Assembly: GCF_037042905.1 (NCBI RefSeq)
Contig: NC_087251.1
Coordinates: forward strand, 5,334,001-5,398,000
DNA: 64,000 nt
DNA from: Lytechinus pictus
Taxonomy: Eukaryota
Reading direction: 5' to 3'
Program-made: the position numbers and the translations under genes
Shown here: positions 29,001 to 44,000 of the stretch, piece after piece
Position numbering within the stretch: the first letter of the stretch is position 1
Layout: each line of letters starts with the position of its first letter
Notes under the pieces: generated by a model
Told to the model about the DNA's origin: nothing
Databases searched by the model: none
Seen by the model: the letters and a program-made list of their open reading frames with translations, nothing else

Positions 29001-32000
29001 AGTCTCCACGGGAATAGTGATTACCAATATTTACAACTTTTAAAAATTCATAACTTTCTTGTTAATTGTCCAATATTGTTCAAACTTTCACTTATCAACT
29101 TGTCTGATTTTTCTTTTTCATATAAAAACAAGTTTTTATTTGGGTTGGATTCCCCTTTAAGAATGTCTAATGAAATCCTGCCAACCAGTCCCCCTCTTCA
29201 AATCAGAGAGATCGTCACCCATCACCCCTAGTCAATATACGGTCAGTAGAGCCTTAAAGGAGACACTAAGAGCACCATGACCTGACTCCCAGACTACCCC
29301 AATACACAACCCATTACATTAATGCTTTCAAGTTATGCTCAGACGCGAACCTTTCATGGCTACAACACTCGAGCGAAGCTTCGGATTACATCACGGTTTC
29401 AACGTTTGAATCATTCATGTAGGGGTACTATCTTAACTCTATATCCTACCACCCTCTTCACAGTCTAACCCGTTTGTACATTTAGGGTCATATTCTTTGG
29501 TCTTTGACTAAGTTTCACTCTACCCCTTCATTTAGTTCCTTCTTATTCCGATACTCTTCACAAGCTTTAGGACCTTACTGTTAATAACGAAACCCAATCA
29601 ACGATGAAGCTGCAGAATAATGGAGTAGAGTTTCGTCAAGATGCAAACCGATGCTGGAAATTTTCTTCATTTTTTTCCTAGCACCCAAATTGCTCAAGTG
29701 TTAAATACTTAAAAGCTTTTGGATACTATTTCCGGTAATAAAATCTTTAGTTAAGACATGGAATTGAACTTGGCAACATTTCAAAATCAATCTAATCATG
29801 AAGGCGTGGGGGCCATCTTAAAGTTGAGTTTATTTCAATGAGAGAATATCTTTTCAAAGTGAAGACGGGATGAAAATAAAATTGATCTCATACAAGGTAT
29901 AAGATAGAACAGTCATGAAGTTTGCTCTCAAGAAAAAGGGAGGGGTGGTATAATATAGGCTGGTGCAGATTGCCCGTCTCAGTCCATTTTATCGTTTTTT
30001 TTACAGGTGGGGTCGTAAATCTAATCTTGATAAGTCAAAACCCATATATTGGCCTGGAAAATGATTATGCTATAACGATCTCTGAAATGAAGAGAATACA
30101 TGATTTAACAACTTTCAAATATTATCTTTCGTTATAAATGAGTGATGTCACTATATTATCAGACCAGATCACCGAAGTATCAAGTAAATACCCAATCCTA
30201 TTCGAAGGGTCAGAAATACTAAGTAGAACTGTGTGACTGACCAAGGAAACATAAAGTAGAAATATGTATATGTAATACTTTATTCGCCTCCGTTTAAAAC
30301 TTACCATTGTGACGTCAGCACTCCATGGTCCGAAGGTAAGATCACAAAGTTGTATATCAAATGGAAAATAACGAACATCTACTTTACAGGTACTGGTCAT
30401 GATGGCGGGAAAATGCCAATCACATGTTCCATTGTACAGACAGATGACATACGTCTCTTGGTAACTGATAAACTCTTTGCTACAACTGTAAGTATATAAT
30501 GATTAATACAAAAATAAAGAAATATCATGACTTGGGGATCACATATGTATCTTAAATAGTATTTTGTCAGCGATTCTACATTGAATAATTTTAATTAGCT
30601 TTAGTTTCAAAACGCTCTTTAAAAATAAGCGGTATATTTTTGCCTGTTATCATCTATGGTGGCATATTTCAGATGTACCTAACAACTATGGGATATTTTT
30701 TTTTTTTTTTGGGGGGGGGAATGCTATTTATCTTAAATAAGACAGAAATTTACACCAGTCTGTCAATATGTTCAAAAATAATAAAGTGAGACAACAAATT
30801 GTTTATCAAAACGAGTGATGTATTGCTGAAGAATAAGTTGTCCAACCCACTTTACTGAAATCTAGGTTAAACCCACTCAATTTTCACTTAACGAGAAGTA
30901 ACAAATCATAGGAATAGAGCCTATTTCTGTCCAATGGGAGAAAATTACCATCTTTTGTTTGGGAAGCAAACATAATAAGGTGTTTCATTTCTCGACAGGC
31001 AATTTGGAATGTTGAAGATTTGTGTGGTGTGAGCGTAAAAGGCGGGTAGCGACAACATTGCAGGTACCTTAACACGAACGTATATGTATATATATATACA
31101 TTGTTGATAGACATCTCAAAGTGAAAAATAGAAACTGGTAACTTTTAACGTATGAGTTGTCATAAAATGCATGTTTTGGAGCTACGTTTGACAGCGCTTG
31201 AGCGATTTGCTCTTAATAAGAAGTGCTCCAAGCGTTCGGCAGTATTAAGTGAAGGTTCGACATATTGCTCGAAAACGACTGTTGAGTTGAGCCATGTTTC
31301 ATATAATTCATTAAATGGTCATGTAAAGGACGATGATGGATTGAACCCTCAATAGAAATGACAGGAATGCTATAGGTTCAATGACATATATTTATTTTGG
31401 GAGAAGAAAATGTTCTACCGCAGGAACAAGGTATCACGTGAGTCGGCTTTATGTTGTAATGATCTCAGCTCCGCGCGCTAGGTTCCAGGTAACTTTACCA
31501 GAAATTTTGGGGGGTTCACTGGCGGCTTCGATAATGTTCTTAACCTCTTAATGACATGAATATATAAGTCTGCATCATTTAGTACTTTAAAATTTGTGTG
31601 GATATAAAATAATCTGGAATTAAAAAAAAATCTTCTTTAATATTAAACTAGCATCGCTAATCGTGTATGTCAGTAGCCCGCTTCATTGTAATACTGGTGA
31701 TAATAATAGCAGGGCCCGCTGGGAGAACAGTTTTCGGAACTGAAGTGGCTACCCTTGGTAAATATGCCTTTATCATTATTATTATTGTTTACATTAATTT
31801 ACTTCAATCTCAAGAAATACAACGAATCAACGTACAATGCCATAAATTTTAAACGTACACTCTAAATGATATTGGGTAAAAATGCTTCATGAGGGTAATT
31901 ATGTGTCCAACCAACATTGGACATTTTTATTTATCCAGTGTGATGAAAATTTTGCAAATTCTAAAGTAATTGCTGCTTATTTTTTAACCTCACTGGACAA

Positions 32001-35000
32001 TATGCTTCCCGAATTGGGTAATATACTGCCCCAAATAGGTTGGATACATAATTACACTCGAGGTGGTAAACATTTTACCCAATATTTTTTTACAGTGTAT
32101 TTAATACTGATCTGCTGATGTCATTTATGGTGTTTCGTTCGACATTATTATATCTCTTTATGCAGAATTAGAGTAAAAGAAATGACAAACTTAATAATTA
32201 TCATTATTATTCGACATATATATTTTTACTACAGGGTCTGCAAAGAATGATGGTACGACTATGACCTTTCATTCAAAGCTGTATGTGGGTCGGAGAGAGT
32301 AAAAAAATAGTGATAATGATGCTACTAACATTACTACTTCTACTACTACTACTACGACTACTATACTACTGCTGCGGCTGCTGATTCTACTACTACTACT
32401 ACTACTACTACAACTACTACTACTACTACTACTACAATTACTACTACTACTACTCAGTGGTGCAACTACGGGGGGGGGCACGTGCCCCCCCCCCCCATCG
32501 GCTGTCAAAAAACGGGAGAAAAGGGGAAAAAGAGGAGAAAGAAAGAGAAACGCAGTGGGGGAAAAGAAAGTATTGTATATTATATTGTGATATATTACAT
32601 TAAATATATTGTATTATATTAGATAAGAAATCTTTTTTCATAACTTTTTGAAACATAATTTGCTTAGGGCCTATGTGTTCATCATTCCTGGTGCTCGCAT
32701 TGCCTGTTTAATGAGATATATAATCCCGTTATACCAAGACATCCCGTTTTCAAGTCAAATTACTCCAAATATATTTACTCGCACTTATTGTTTTATGTAG
32801 TGACATATGCTCCTTTTTCATGACTACTTAAGGTGATTTCCCCCTTTTAAGGTCTGAATATAAAACATTTCAACTCCGTTCTTACGTTTGCATTAGTGGA
32901 TTGGTGAGATATGTCTGCTCTTCATGAAAGCAGTCCTTGAAATGTCCCATTTTTTGGTCTGAATATAAAAAAAATTCAGCTCGCTCTTCGCGCTTGCATC
33001 ATTTGGTTAGTGAAATACGAATAGTCTTGGTGAATTCCTACAAACAAGCTTTAGAATGTCCCTAATTAAGTCTGATTCTTATTTTCTTAGCTCGCGCTTC
33101 GTATTTTCAATATTTGATTAGTGAGATACGTATCATGTTTATCATTACAATGACTACAAAAAGTGCGTCATGTGTTTAGGTGTAATTCTAACAAACTCAG
33201 CTACCGCTTGGCGCTCGCATTAGATCTGAATATAAAACATTTCCACATCTGTGCTTACATTCGCATTAGAGGATTGGTCTTCATGTGTGCTATTCATGAA
33301 TTCCTTAAAAATAGTCCTTAAAATGTCCCCGTTTGGGGTCACTAAACATACAAAAATTTAAGCATGCGCTTCGCGCTCGCATTGATTGTTTAGTGAGACA
33401 GGTACGTGTCATGATTACAAAAATTGCTTATAATGCCCCCTTTTTTAGGTCTGAATATAACAAATTTTCAGCTCACGCTTCGCGCTCGCATTATTCGATC
33501 AGTGAGATACATACCCATTTAATGACACAGTCCTTAAGATATCTCTATTAGGTCAGTATACCTGGCAATTGAGTGCGCTTCGCGCGCAAACTAAGTGACT
33601 TAAAATTTTTGCTGGTGCCCCCATGCCGTGACCCACGGTACACCACTGCTACTACTATTATTACTACAACTACTACTACTACTAATAGTAATAATAACAT
33701 TAACAATATTAACAATAATAATGAGAATAATAATAATAATAATAACATTAATGATAGGAAGAAGAAGAGGAAGAAGAAGAATTAAAATGATAATGATACC
33801 AACGATAAGAGTAACGTTTCCTCTTAAAAAGAAGAAAAAGATATTGGTAAAGTAAAATAGAGAAAACAAAGACTAGGTTTGTGGCTTAAATTATTTTTGA
33901 TAAAATGAATTGAAACGGTCACTAACCACCCTTCACACGGTCAAAAATCGTAATTTGAATGAAGATTCCAGTGAAAAAATAAGGCTAATGACGAATATTT
34001 AGCACGTGTGAAACCGAACTAGAAATGATTTGAATCACGAACGCTAATCACAGTAACGATTACAATAGCAATCATCATTACAATGATGATTCAAGATTCA
34101 CGAGTGAAAAGGCCCTAAATTTTAGTGGATGTTATCTCGGGGAATGTTAGCGGGATATTGAAAGAAGGGAGATGAAAACAGGAGTATAATACAGCTGGAA
34201 AGTCAAGGAAGCTACGAATACAAGAAGAAAAATAAAAGTAATACACAGAAGCCTTACATTCCACAAGATATATATATATATATATATATATTAGTATCGG
34301 TGACGCCTTTCTATCATATTCAAATTGGACATGCTTACTTTTCCTCCTTTCACTATATCTTCCAGTAATGCGAACGGCTAAATGTATCACAACACGATAT
34401 TGAATATCAAACCCCAGGACTTGTGTGGAACGAATTGTCACCCCGGGAATCTTCTTGTTTTTTTGTCTATACTTGGAATAAAAGAATAGTCTGATTTTCC
34501 TCCTTTTCATCTTAGGGTCTCGATGGATCAGTTAACAGGATTTGGTCAACTTGAAAGAAGGATGCCGTAATCTATTCCATACAGGTAGAAAGAGGGGATA
34601 AAATGATGTTGATGCAGGACTGGGATCAAGCGATGGTGATGATGAATAGATCAGAGGGAGAGAGGGGGAGAGGGAGAGGGGATAAGACCTCATCGAGATA
34701 CAATCCTATAAATCGTAAAGACTTGCTATATAAAATCTTTACTTTTACATGCACAACTATATATATATATATTGTTTTAATATCGTTTTAAAATGCTTGC
34801 ATGATCTATTTCAATACTCATTGTATTCAGTGGCGTACAGATGGGGAGCTCCTGACACTGCCCCCCCCCAATAGAAAAAAATCTTCACCAATATAAAAAG
34901 AGAAAATGAAAGAAAAAAATATTGTTTTTTTAATATTATGGCAAAATCTATCACAAAATTTGATTTTTTAAAAATAAAAATGTCGTTTTTAATATAAATT

Positions 35001-38000
35001 CTGCCCAATACGCCATATCGAGCCCCCTCAAAATTTCTGGCTCATTATGCCACTGATCGTATGAATGAGCCTTTTATTTTTTTGCTCACTTTACTTTTTT
35101 TCCTAATGTAATTCGTGTTGACACATATTCATATTTTGGTGTACTCATCTAAAAATTATAAGTTTATGATTTAAAAAAAAAATATTTTTGTTCTTTTAAT
35201 TAAGTGATAGCCTGATATTATAATTTGAATGCTAATTATTCCCTGGAGCCCGATGGTGGTACGACATTCAAAGTCAACATGTTATAATATTGATATAATA
35301 ATTCATATGAATGGTTTATAAATGTTAGGGAATCAGATTTTCTAGTTAAATTGCTCAAAGTAGAACATTTATTTCTGGACTGTGTTTATTTAATAGAACA
35401 TAGAATTAGAAATGGGGTCATGAACGACAGATACGTTGAACAATATATATATATATTTGTCAGACTTTAATAAGATATGAAGAGAAGAGCAATCTAAGGC
35501 CGATTTTAAGATACTCCGATGATGACCTTAATAAAGTCAGGTTCATAAACTTGGAATTGTCCTGTTTGCTTCTTTAAGACATGATTATTCCGCCGATCGA
35601 GATTCGATATATGAAATCTGTTTAACTGATTGGATTCATTGAGTAGCCCCGAGTGAACTTTTGAACGATGATATACAGTCTCTCAAGAAATAATATTTAA
35701 AAAATAGTTAATCATGATTAGGTAATAAAAACACGAGAAATTGGTTCATTAATGACTTATAACTATGCATGGGCGGCCATTCCGGGAGGGGGGAGGCGGA
35801 GACGGGGGAGGGGTGTTCCCTCCTTGATTTTTTGTTATATATATAAATAGCAGCCTATGGATGGAAGTTGTCTCGTCCCCCTTCCCTAAATTGACAAAAT
35901 CTCACGGATTCGACGAATATGCATGATTACAACTAAATCATTGAGCCTTTGGTGATGATAAACACACAGAGTCAAAAATTTTCTGGGTATTTGAATATTT
36001 TTTTCCCTTTCGAATTATTTACATATCAGTCAGATACATGACAACAATCCTACAAGGACGGTGGATGAAGTTGAATGGCAAAAGGCATGAATAATATGGT
36101 CTGGAACAAGTCAACAGATGCTAAAAAAGCAGTTTGGAATATTAATAAAAAGATAAAGTCGCAACACTCCAACAATCCAAGTTTCAAAATTTTTCGGCAT
36201 ACATATTGATTTTATTGTGAAGAAGTCGTTTCATAAACCTAACTGGTTTTAAATTCACATCTACACCCAAAATGCTCATTTCTTCTAGGACACTCTATAC
36301 AGTGCACTGCATTAGTATAATCCGCAAGCAATGTCAATCGAAACGAAATATGTTTTAATCCTATTCACAAGCTTCTGTCATTGTGCCTGTGGCGTTCCTT
36401 CTCGTCACCGATAATGCCAAAGGTTACTCCTCAAAGGGGCTCACTCATATTGGTATAGCAAATGCATTTCATCTAATGAGGAACTACTAGCCCATCATGG
36501 TTGGGTAGCAGGTGATAAAAAGTGGGCTACTAGAGGGGTAAGAAGGTCGACGTATCTCATTTATTTCCATAATCAGTTAAAGTTAACACGCATTGTCTGC
36601 ATGTGGTTGTCCTTACTTTATCAATTTATTCCTTTCAAAGAAATTTCAAGATAGTGTCACAATTTGTACTGTTGCTCAAGAATCGACTTGAGAGGGTATA
36701 TTATTCCAAAGTTTACCACCTTGATATATGAACCTATCTTGGTCCATGTGTATGATGGAATTTTGTTTTTATTTGATGCTTTTATTTGATTTTAACGTAC
36801 AATTATTAGTTGTATAAATGATTAAATACCAAGTATTGAGAATTGTGTTTTGTTGAACACCTCAACAATTCTCCATGAAATATATTTAGTTATTTTGCAT
36901 GGTATACTTTCTGTAATGTAGAAGGGGGATCAAAGCTCCTTTGAAGGATGATGAATATGAGACAGCTTTAGAAGTTACATTTTAGTTAGGCGCAATGTAA
37001 GAAATTGTAGAAAGTGTCAAGGCGATGAAATATTCCATGTGAAACAACACCGCCATGACTCGAGTGTATAGCTAGGAGCAAGAGCTTACCTTTGGTAAAG
37101 TGCAATGTCGGGTAACCACAGATCGGATGGGCGGAGACTAAGAAGCTCAATACCAGCATAGTCATCCGGATTCCAGGTGATAAACTCATCTCTCCAGCTC
37201 TAAGAAAGTTGGATGGAAGGGGGGGGGGGGAATATACACAGAAGTAAGATGGTTGTCTAAGATATGAAGATGTTCGTGTTTGGATCATATAACTTAAGAC
37301 ATGAAGAGAATGATAATACATTTGGCATGATTGGAGATGGAGACCCTTAAGGCGCTGAACGATATAGGGGCACAGTATGATAATGTATAGGGTGTGGGGA
37401 AAAACAGTGTAAATGAAAAGAAGGTGAAATAAGTATAATGCAAATGAATAATTTTTAGAGAATATGCTGGAAAAACTGACCTGTGGTCTTCACACCTTGA
37501 AATGTTATATAGAAGATAATGAGATGCATGAAAGAAAATAACCAACATGACCAAGGAATACAAAGTCAACTGACAAAATAAAAATAACAATAAGAGAATA
37601 ATGTAAATTAATATCGGGACCAATAAGATTAACAATTTTGTTACAAACTTGTACCAGTACCTTAATCTTATTAAAAATGCACACAACATTGTTGAATGAT
37701 AACTTAATTTATTGGGACGGAGAGTGGATGTGGATAAACTCTCTTTAAAAATTGCTGTTGACTGCTAACCCTCTGTAAGATATCACATATCACACATTTC
37801 GCCTTTCTGAATAGTTCATTTCGAATGTTAGACTACTCAGAATTCGCGAATGTACTTTACCGAAGCGACGTAACGATGTACCCTTGTAAACACGAAGAGA
37901 GTACAACATGGGAATAAACATAGGGATACCATGAAAGGTTGCAATGAAGAAAAAGTTTTGCAAGGGTTGGTTAGTAGCATTCGGGTTAAAGGAATAAATC

Positions 38001-41000
38001 TAATGAATAAGAAATTGATACTTTACTCTAAATACCGCCAATAGTGTGATAATGTGCATCACGTGATGCAAATAACAAACTTGGCATGATTACATGCAGC
38101 TCATTGGAATATACAATGTGGAAAAGGTGCCAGCATTACGCGAATTAGAAGGCAATGAATATCATGGTGTTTTTAACCATACAATTGAAAAATCTTATGT
38201 ACTTTGAGATATGATGCACTATACCATATTTGATGATACAATTTTTTTTTTAATAATCAAAATAACGAATAAATGATTGGCATTACAGGAATAACTTTTT
38301 ATCTTTATTTTCAGATATATATGCTTGAGAGTATTAAATACTAAATCATAATCAAACTCACATTACCTGCATTAGGCATTAATATATACAGACAAAGATT
38401 CCGCTCCTCCTTTAACACATATAAATCAAGTTACTCATAACACACATGCTACATAATGTGACACAGAATATGTGTTGCACCCAGGACATAGCCCAAATAT
38501 CTCTCACGCTCCCGAAAGGAAAGTTTAATTGCTGTATTTTGGCAGTAGGTTAACTCATATTGGTGATTCATACCAAAGACACTCGTAAAAGTGATGACTA
38601 TATCATAGTCCTATATTACTCCACATGAATAAGTTTCACAAACATGCCGAAATTCTTATAGATATATTAAATTTTGATCGAACAAAATCAAATTCCAAGC
38701 AGAGAAGGATTTCCTTTGAGGGATGCTGACAAACATTCCTGATGTAGTTTATATTCATTATTTTATAATGACGAAAATAATGATCTTATAGAAGGCTAAA
38801 GACGAAAGGACCCTAAATATATCGATACATACGATAGACTAGCTTATTATATTCAAGCTTATGATCCTTTATAAATATCTTTGATATTTTACATGCATAA
38901 TGCCCCTGATGGACATTATGTAAGTCGGGCCTATAGATTAAACACTACATAGTTCATATCTAATGGAGATTAGAATGACAAAAAAGTAAGGCACAACGCT
39001 TATTCTGAATTTCATTTTCGACATGAAACTTCCTAGATTAAAAAAATATATGTTTCAATGAGCAAGACAAGGGAAATGGCGAAATCAATTTGGCTCTTTC
39101 TTTCTATAAATTCTATAAAACCAAATACGTGTTTTGATGCTGGTGTATCTGGGTATGTTCAGTCCCAGTTGTGTGAGAATGTTTTTGTTATGGCGGGAAG
39201 CAATTAAGTGAAGGACGAATAGATTAAAGAAGATATACAAGTACTTAAACACACCGCCTCACTTCCTTCTTTTCTCGCATTATCTCTTCCCTTTCACCCC
39301 TCCTTATCCCCATCTCTCTTCTCTTTTCCCATTCCAATAATATGTCTCTTTATACCCCCTTAGCCTTTATGGATTAATGTTTTCTTCTTCGGTCAAACTT
39401 TTGTCTTTATTTGTACCATGGTAACAAGTTCGCACTCCAACCCGGAACAAAGAAAATAACTTTAAAAGGGAAAGACTCATTATAGTCAAGATATAAAACA
39501 ATCCATCATTTTCCACTCCTCAATCTTGGTATGCCCCCCCCCCCTTTATTGACAGAGGCCGATGATGTGCAAACCATGCCAACGTATTGGTCATTCTAGA
39601 TCCCCAGTGAGTGTATTCCTACTAAAACCGTATAGTCAGTGCCTACAATCAACTCACACCCTACATCTAATCTGCCATCGAGTGGGCTAAAAGTGTTTGC
39701 TATTGTGTTCCTTGCGGGCTCAATGCATACAGTCATTACGTGACATACCTGGTAGAGATCGTCTTTACCTTACGTTAATCGCTACGCGTGGGACCATTAT
39801 TAGACATCGGAAAGTATAGTACAGAGTATAATGTGGAACTATTTTATGCAGTAAAATTAGAGATATTGATGAATTTCAAACTAAATAATTGTAGGCATTC
39901 GTATTATCATTATGATTCAGAAACACATCAAAACACAGTTTAGTAATTGATAGATAGGAAGAATAGTTTTAAGTCTTTTATTCCCTGATTCTTTTTTTTT
40001 TAGACTTGAAATGAGTTCAAAATATTCAAAATGAACGAACAATAAATTGTGCGCTTGCTTTATAAATTCTATTTGAATTTGCAAAACGGATGACATGATA
40101 CAAATTTCGTCTCATTTACATGAACCCCAAACAGACAAATAATAATCAAATTGGGGAAATCTCTATCTTATTTTAAAATGTAATAATCAGAATTTTTAGA
40201 TAACTAGGATCTGCAAAGGATTTCTTCGGAATCCAACTCAAAATCATCCTCTTTAATTACAAGTAATAATTTGAGCATTCGCCATAATTATGTTTTCACA
40301 ATCTTCTTGATAGAGCGTCTCTCGGCTGGTTTTCTTTACAATTCATGCGATCATAAAATTCATGTTATTTCCAATAATAAAAGATGTAAACATTTTCGTT
40401 ATCCTAGCCTATGAATTCTCATCTCACTCGTTTTGAGGGTATCTGTACTTGAGTCTAAGAAATCGTTGTTTGTTTTCATCGGATTTGTGTATATCTTTCT
40501 CAAACAGTAATCGAGATTTAGATGATGATGGATGTATATCTATGAGTAATCATAATCTAAGCTCAGATTGAAATACAAGACTCTCCTGGCTTACAGAAGT
40601 GTCTTTAGTGTCTTTTACAGCACATGGAACTGTTGAGTGTTTGGTGCATGCAGGTATTCAGTAATGGAACCGTTCTTGTACCATTTTATTAAACAACGCT
40701 ATACAGTCTTGAATGTTAGATACGCGAAAATGATTGAAAAGGAGCATTAATGACGCTTGTGTTAGAAATCATGAACTAAGAAAGGAGGGGGAGGGAAATG
40801 ACAAATATAATGAACAAAGGAAATAGCTATAAAAAATTGATTGAGGGAAAAGTAGAAATCTGTGGTATGACTAAAAACAGGAGAAGTTTAGATAATAGGT
40901 TTAAAGAGACATTATAGTGCAATATATCAAATATAGTCGAAGTAAAGTTGTGGAGGCAGTGTAAAAAGGGAACATGCACAGACTAGGAGAGACAAAGAGA

Positions 41001-44000
41001 AATAAAGAATGTATGAGATTTGAGATTGTGGTCGTATTGACCGGTGACCAAAATACACCAGAAGTACTGCATTAAACCGCCTTGCTGACGTCACATATAA
41101 GGACTTAAGACGAGTCTCCATTTATATCTTGTGAGGATTGTTTTCAGACCTGCTTTTCTTATATTCCAGTCACATCAAATAACCGACAAAAAGCATTAAA
41201 ACCATGGTCTCTTGAAATCGAAGTGTATTCGATACGGTAGTGTGACTGGGTCGATACATCTTGAACATATTGTATTGAGGACTGTCGTTTCCCCATCTTT
41301 GATGAGAATATGGGATTGAGAAATGATCGATAAACCTTGCACGAGAATGTGTAGACAAGATCAAACTGATTTATCTTTTCTACAACCATACTTTTGATTT
41401 TTAATAGCAGAATCAACAAATTTGTTCTCGTTTGCATTTTATTACCGTGTCGAAACAACCAGCAGTCAAGTTCGAGTTTCGAGACCGACTGAAATCCTAT
41501 TTTAACATTCTCTCCAAAATAGATCGGATATTTATTTCTTCATCTCCAAGAAATTGATTCAAATTGTAAATCAAAACCCGTTAGAAGCTGTTCCTATAAT
41601 GTTATCAAACTGGACTTTGGTTTAATAAAATAATTACGTTCTTTTTGGTTTGAAAGTATTTTATTCGTCTTGTTCGTCTAATATTATGTTGGTTGTTTTT
41701 TTTAACTTTCCATTTATTTATTAGCTCTTTATTGTCATTTGCATTGATCTATTTATTATTATCTTTATCAAATAATTCATCTATTTTATTTATTCATTCA
41801 TTCCATTGTTTATAACTGTCTCTATGTATCGGTAGTATGATGTGACATTTACAAATGATATGCAAGAAGGATATTTTTTAACAAGTTCATACCTAGTTAC
41901 CAATTATGCATAAAGCATTTCCATTTATTTAAAAGCAGGGATCGAACCCCGGACTTTTTCATGTATAGCCAGGCGCCTTAGACCACTCGGCCACTGCACC
42001 TCATTACATTTTTAGATGTACGTTTTAGATGAGTTTGTTTCAAAGGTATCGACTACAAGAGTCCAGCTAACCATTATATTATTCCCTGCATCAAGTAGAA
42101 TATGTTAGTGACCTGAGAATTCAATAGGGCAATAAATACCTAAGTGTGAGATTCAGCTCCATTGTGAGAAAAAGAACCTAGACCCCCCTCGCCCTTAGTC
42201 TGATTGAATTCATGTGGTAAAACTTCGACCCATGGCGATAATAAGAGTGCTTTTTCATGCTATGTTTTAATGCTGTTGTCTTTAGTGGCGAGACGATCGA
42301 TTTTCTGTCTTGCCTTCATCAACGAAATACTAAGGGAGATATCAACGCACGGTAAAAGGGGGAAAACAAGTGGTAACAACATTCCTCTAATGCCTTGATC
42401 TTAGGTATCATTGTATGAATGTATCGAAGTAATTCTGTATAAACTCTCTCTAGAAAGGGAATACATGGTACCTATTATGGTTTAGTTGTTGAAATAGAAA
42501 AAAAAACGAAAATTGATATTAAGTTAAACCGGGGAACAGCTGTTTTAATATTATAAAACTACACTTGATGTTACGTTTACATCTTTACCACATACCAACT
42601 GTTTCAGTTTTCAATAGAAACAAAAACTCGAAATATACAACGAATTAGAAGAGCAAACATTTGAGTTCTTTGAGTATGTTTGTTTGCCTACCTGACAGCT
42701 TGTTAACGAGCGTCAGCGGACTTCATGCGTGTAATGTATGAAATGAAAATTGTCATTACATAGAAAATCTTTTCAAGGCCAGCACTGCATGTTTTATACA
42801 TTATCAAAATGCTCACTCTTAAACTACTCTTGTCCGTGCTTTACATCATAAATACTACATGGATATCAATACGATGTTGTTGATGGTACATGCCATTACA
42901 AGTAGTTGGAAAACTTTTATTTCCGATGCGATTTAAATGTAGCTTTCTTTCATTATATACAAACAGTAGGAGTGGTAGGCGACAGTATCCGGATACATGC
43001 ATTCAATAAAGTGATAATTCCGACAGGTTATGTCCTTCGATTATACAGTTCAGTATTGAACTTAAATAACATTGTGTTTTAGAGAAGAACAGAGGCAAAG
43101 TGGATAATAACGCTTGATAAGTTGCTGTGTTATAATAGTTTTTAGAATCATTATTAGTCATTATTTTTATCATTATCATAGAATATAAAACGTTGAATAG
43201 CTATAGCCAAAGAGATTTTGCCCATTTCATTTATTTTTTGGTTCAAGTAACGGAATAGTTTGCTACCTCATTATTAAGATGACTTTCAATATCGTATGTT
43301 ATCATCCCTTAAAAAAGTTCTTGAAGTGTTAAAAAATAGACAACCAAAGGTCAATCGAGCAGCATTGCTCTTTATGCCGAAATTGATTGACCTTTGTTAT
43401 TAGTTAACTAGTTAATTTTAATGCTACGCAGCATGTTTTGATATGAATTAGAAAGGATGGAAACGTTAATGTAAAATGAAGATTGGCCATAGTGACAGCT
43501 CTGCATTCAGTAATAGTGACAGCAGTCGACTGCTAAATTCCACCAATCCACTTCAATTATTTCTCGCATCCATCTAAATGAAAGTCAATTTGTGAAATCA
43601 CCGCGTCACGAATTTTGACAATCTCAAGCATTGTAACCTAAATTAGTAAGAGTAATATTTGATGAGTTCCGTTCAATCATTCTGGTCGATCAAGATGATT
43701 ATTTTACCCTTTAGACAATGAATGTAAAGGAACTAATCCTTAGGAGGGAAATAGAGCAATAGTTGGGTTAATGTGATTTCTTTGTCTTGAAGTTTACATA
43801 CAAACATATACCTTATGAAGAACGTTTTTGTATCATTTTGTAATTCAGATAATATTGAATATGAGTTCCATTGTTTTATGATTTGTCCTGCCTATGAAAT
43901 TAACAGATTGTCATTACTCAATACTATTTCACATATTTACCCCGATTTCAGTGATCAAACCACTTACCAACAATTTCTCTTCATTATGTCTTCTGATACA

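Noticed and set aside
33548..33869. Poly-Leu/Ile/Asn ORFs, also 32269-32508
   Set aside because: They are translations of trinucleotide microsatellites.
41935..42000. tRNA gene
   Set aside because: A and B boxes are present but there is no 3' acceptor stem; it fits a SINE head or pseudogene.
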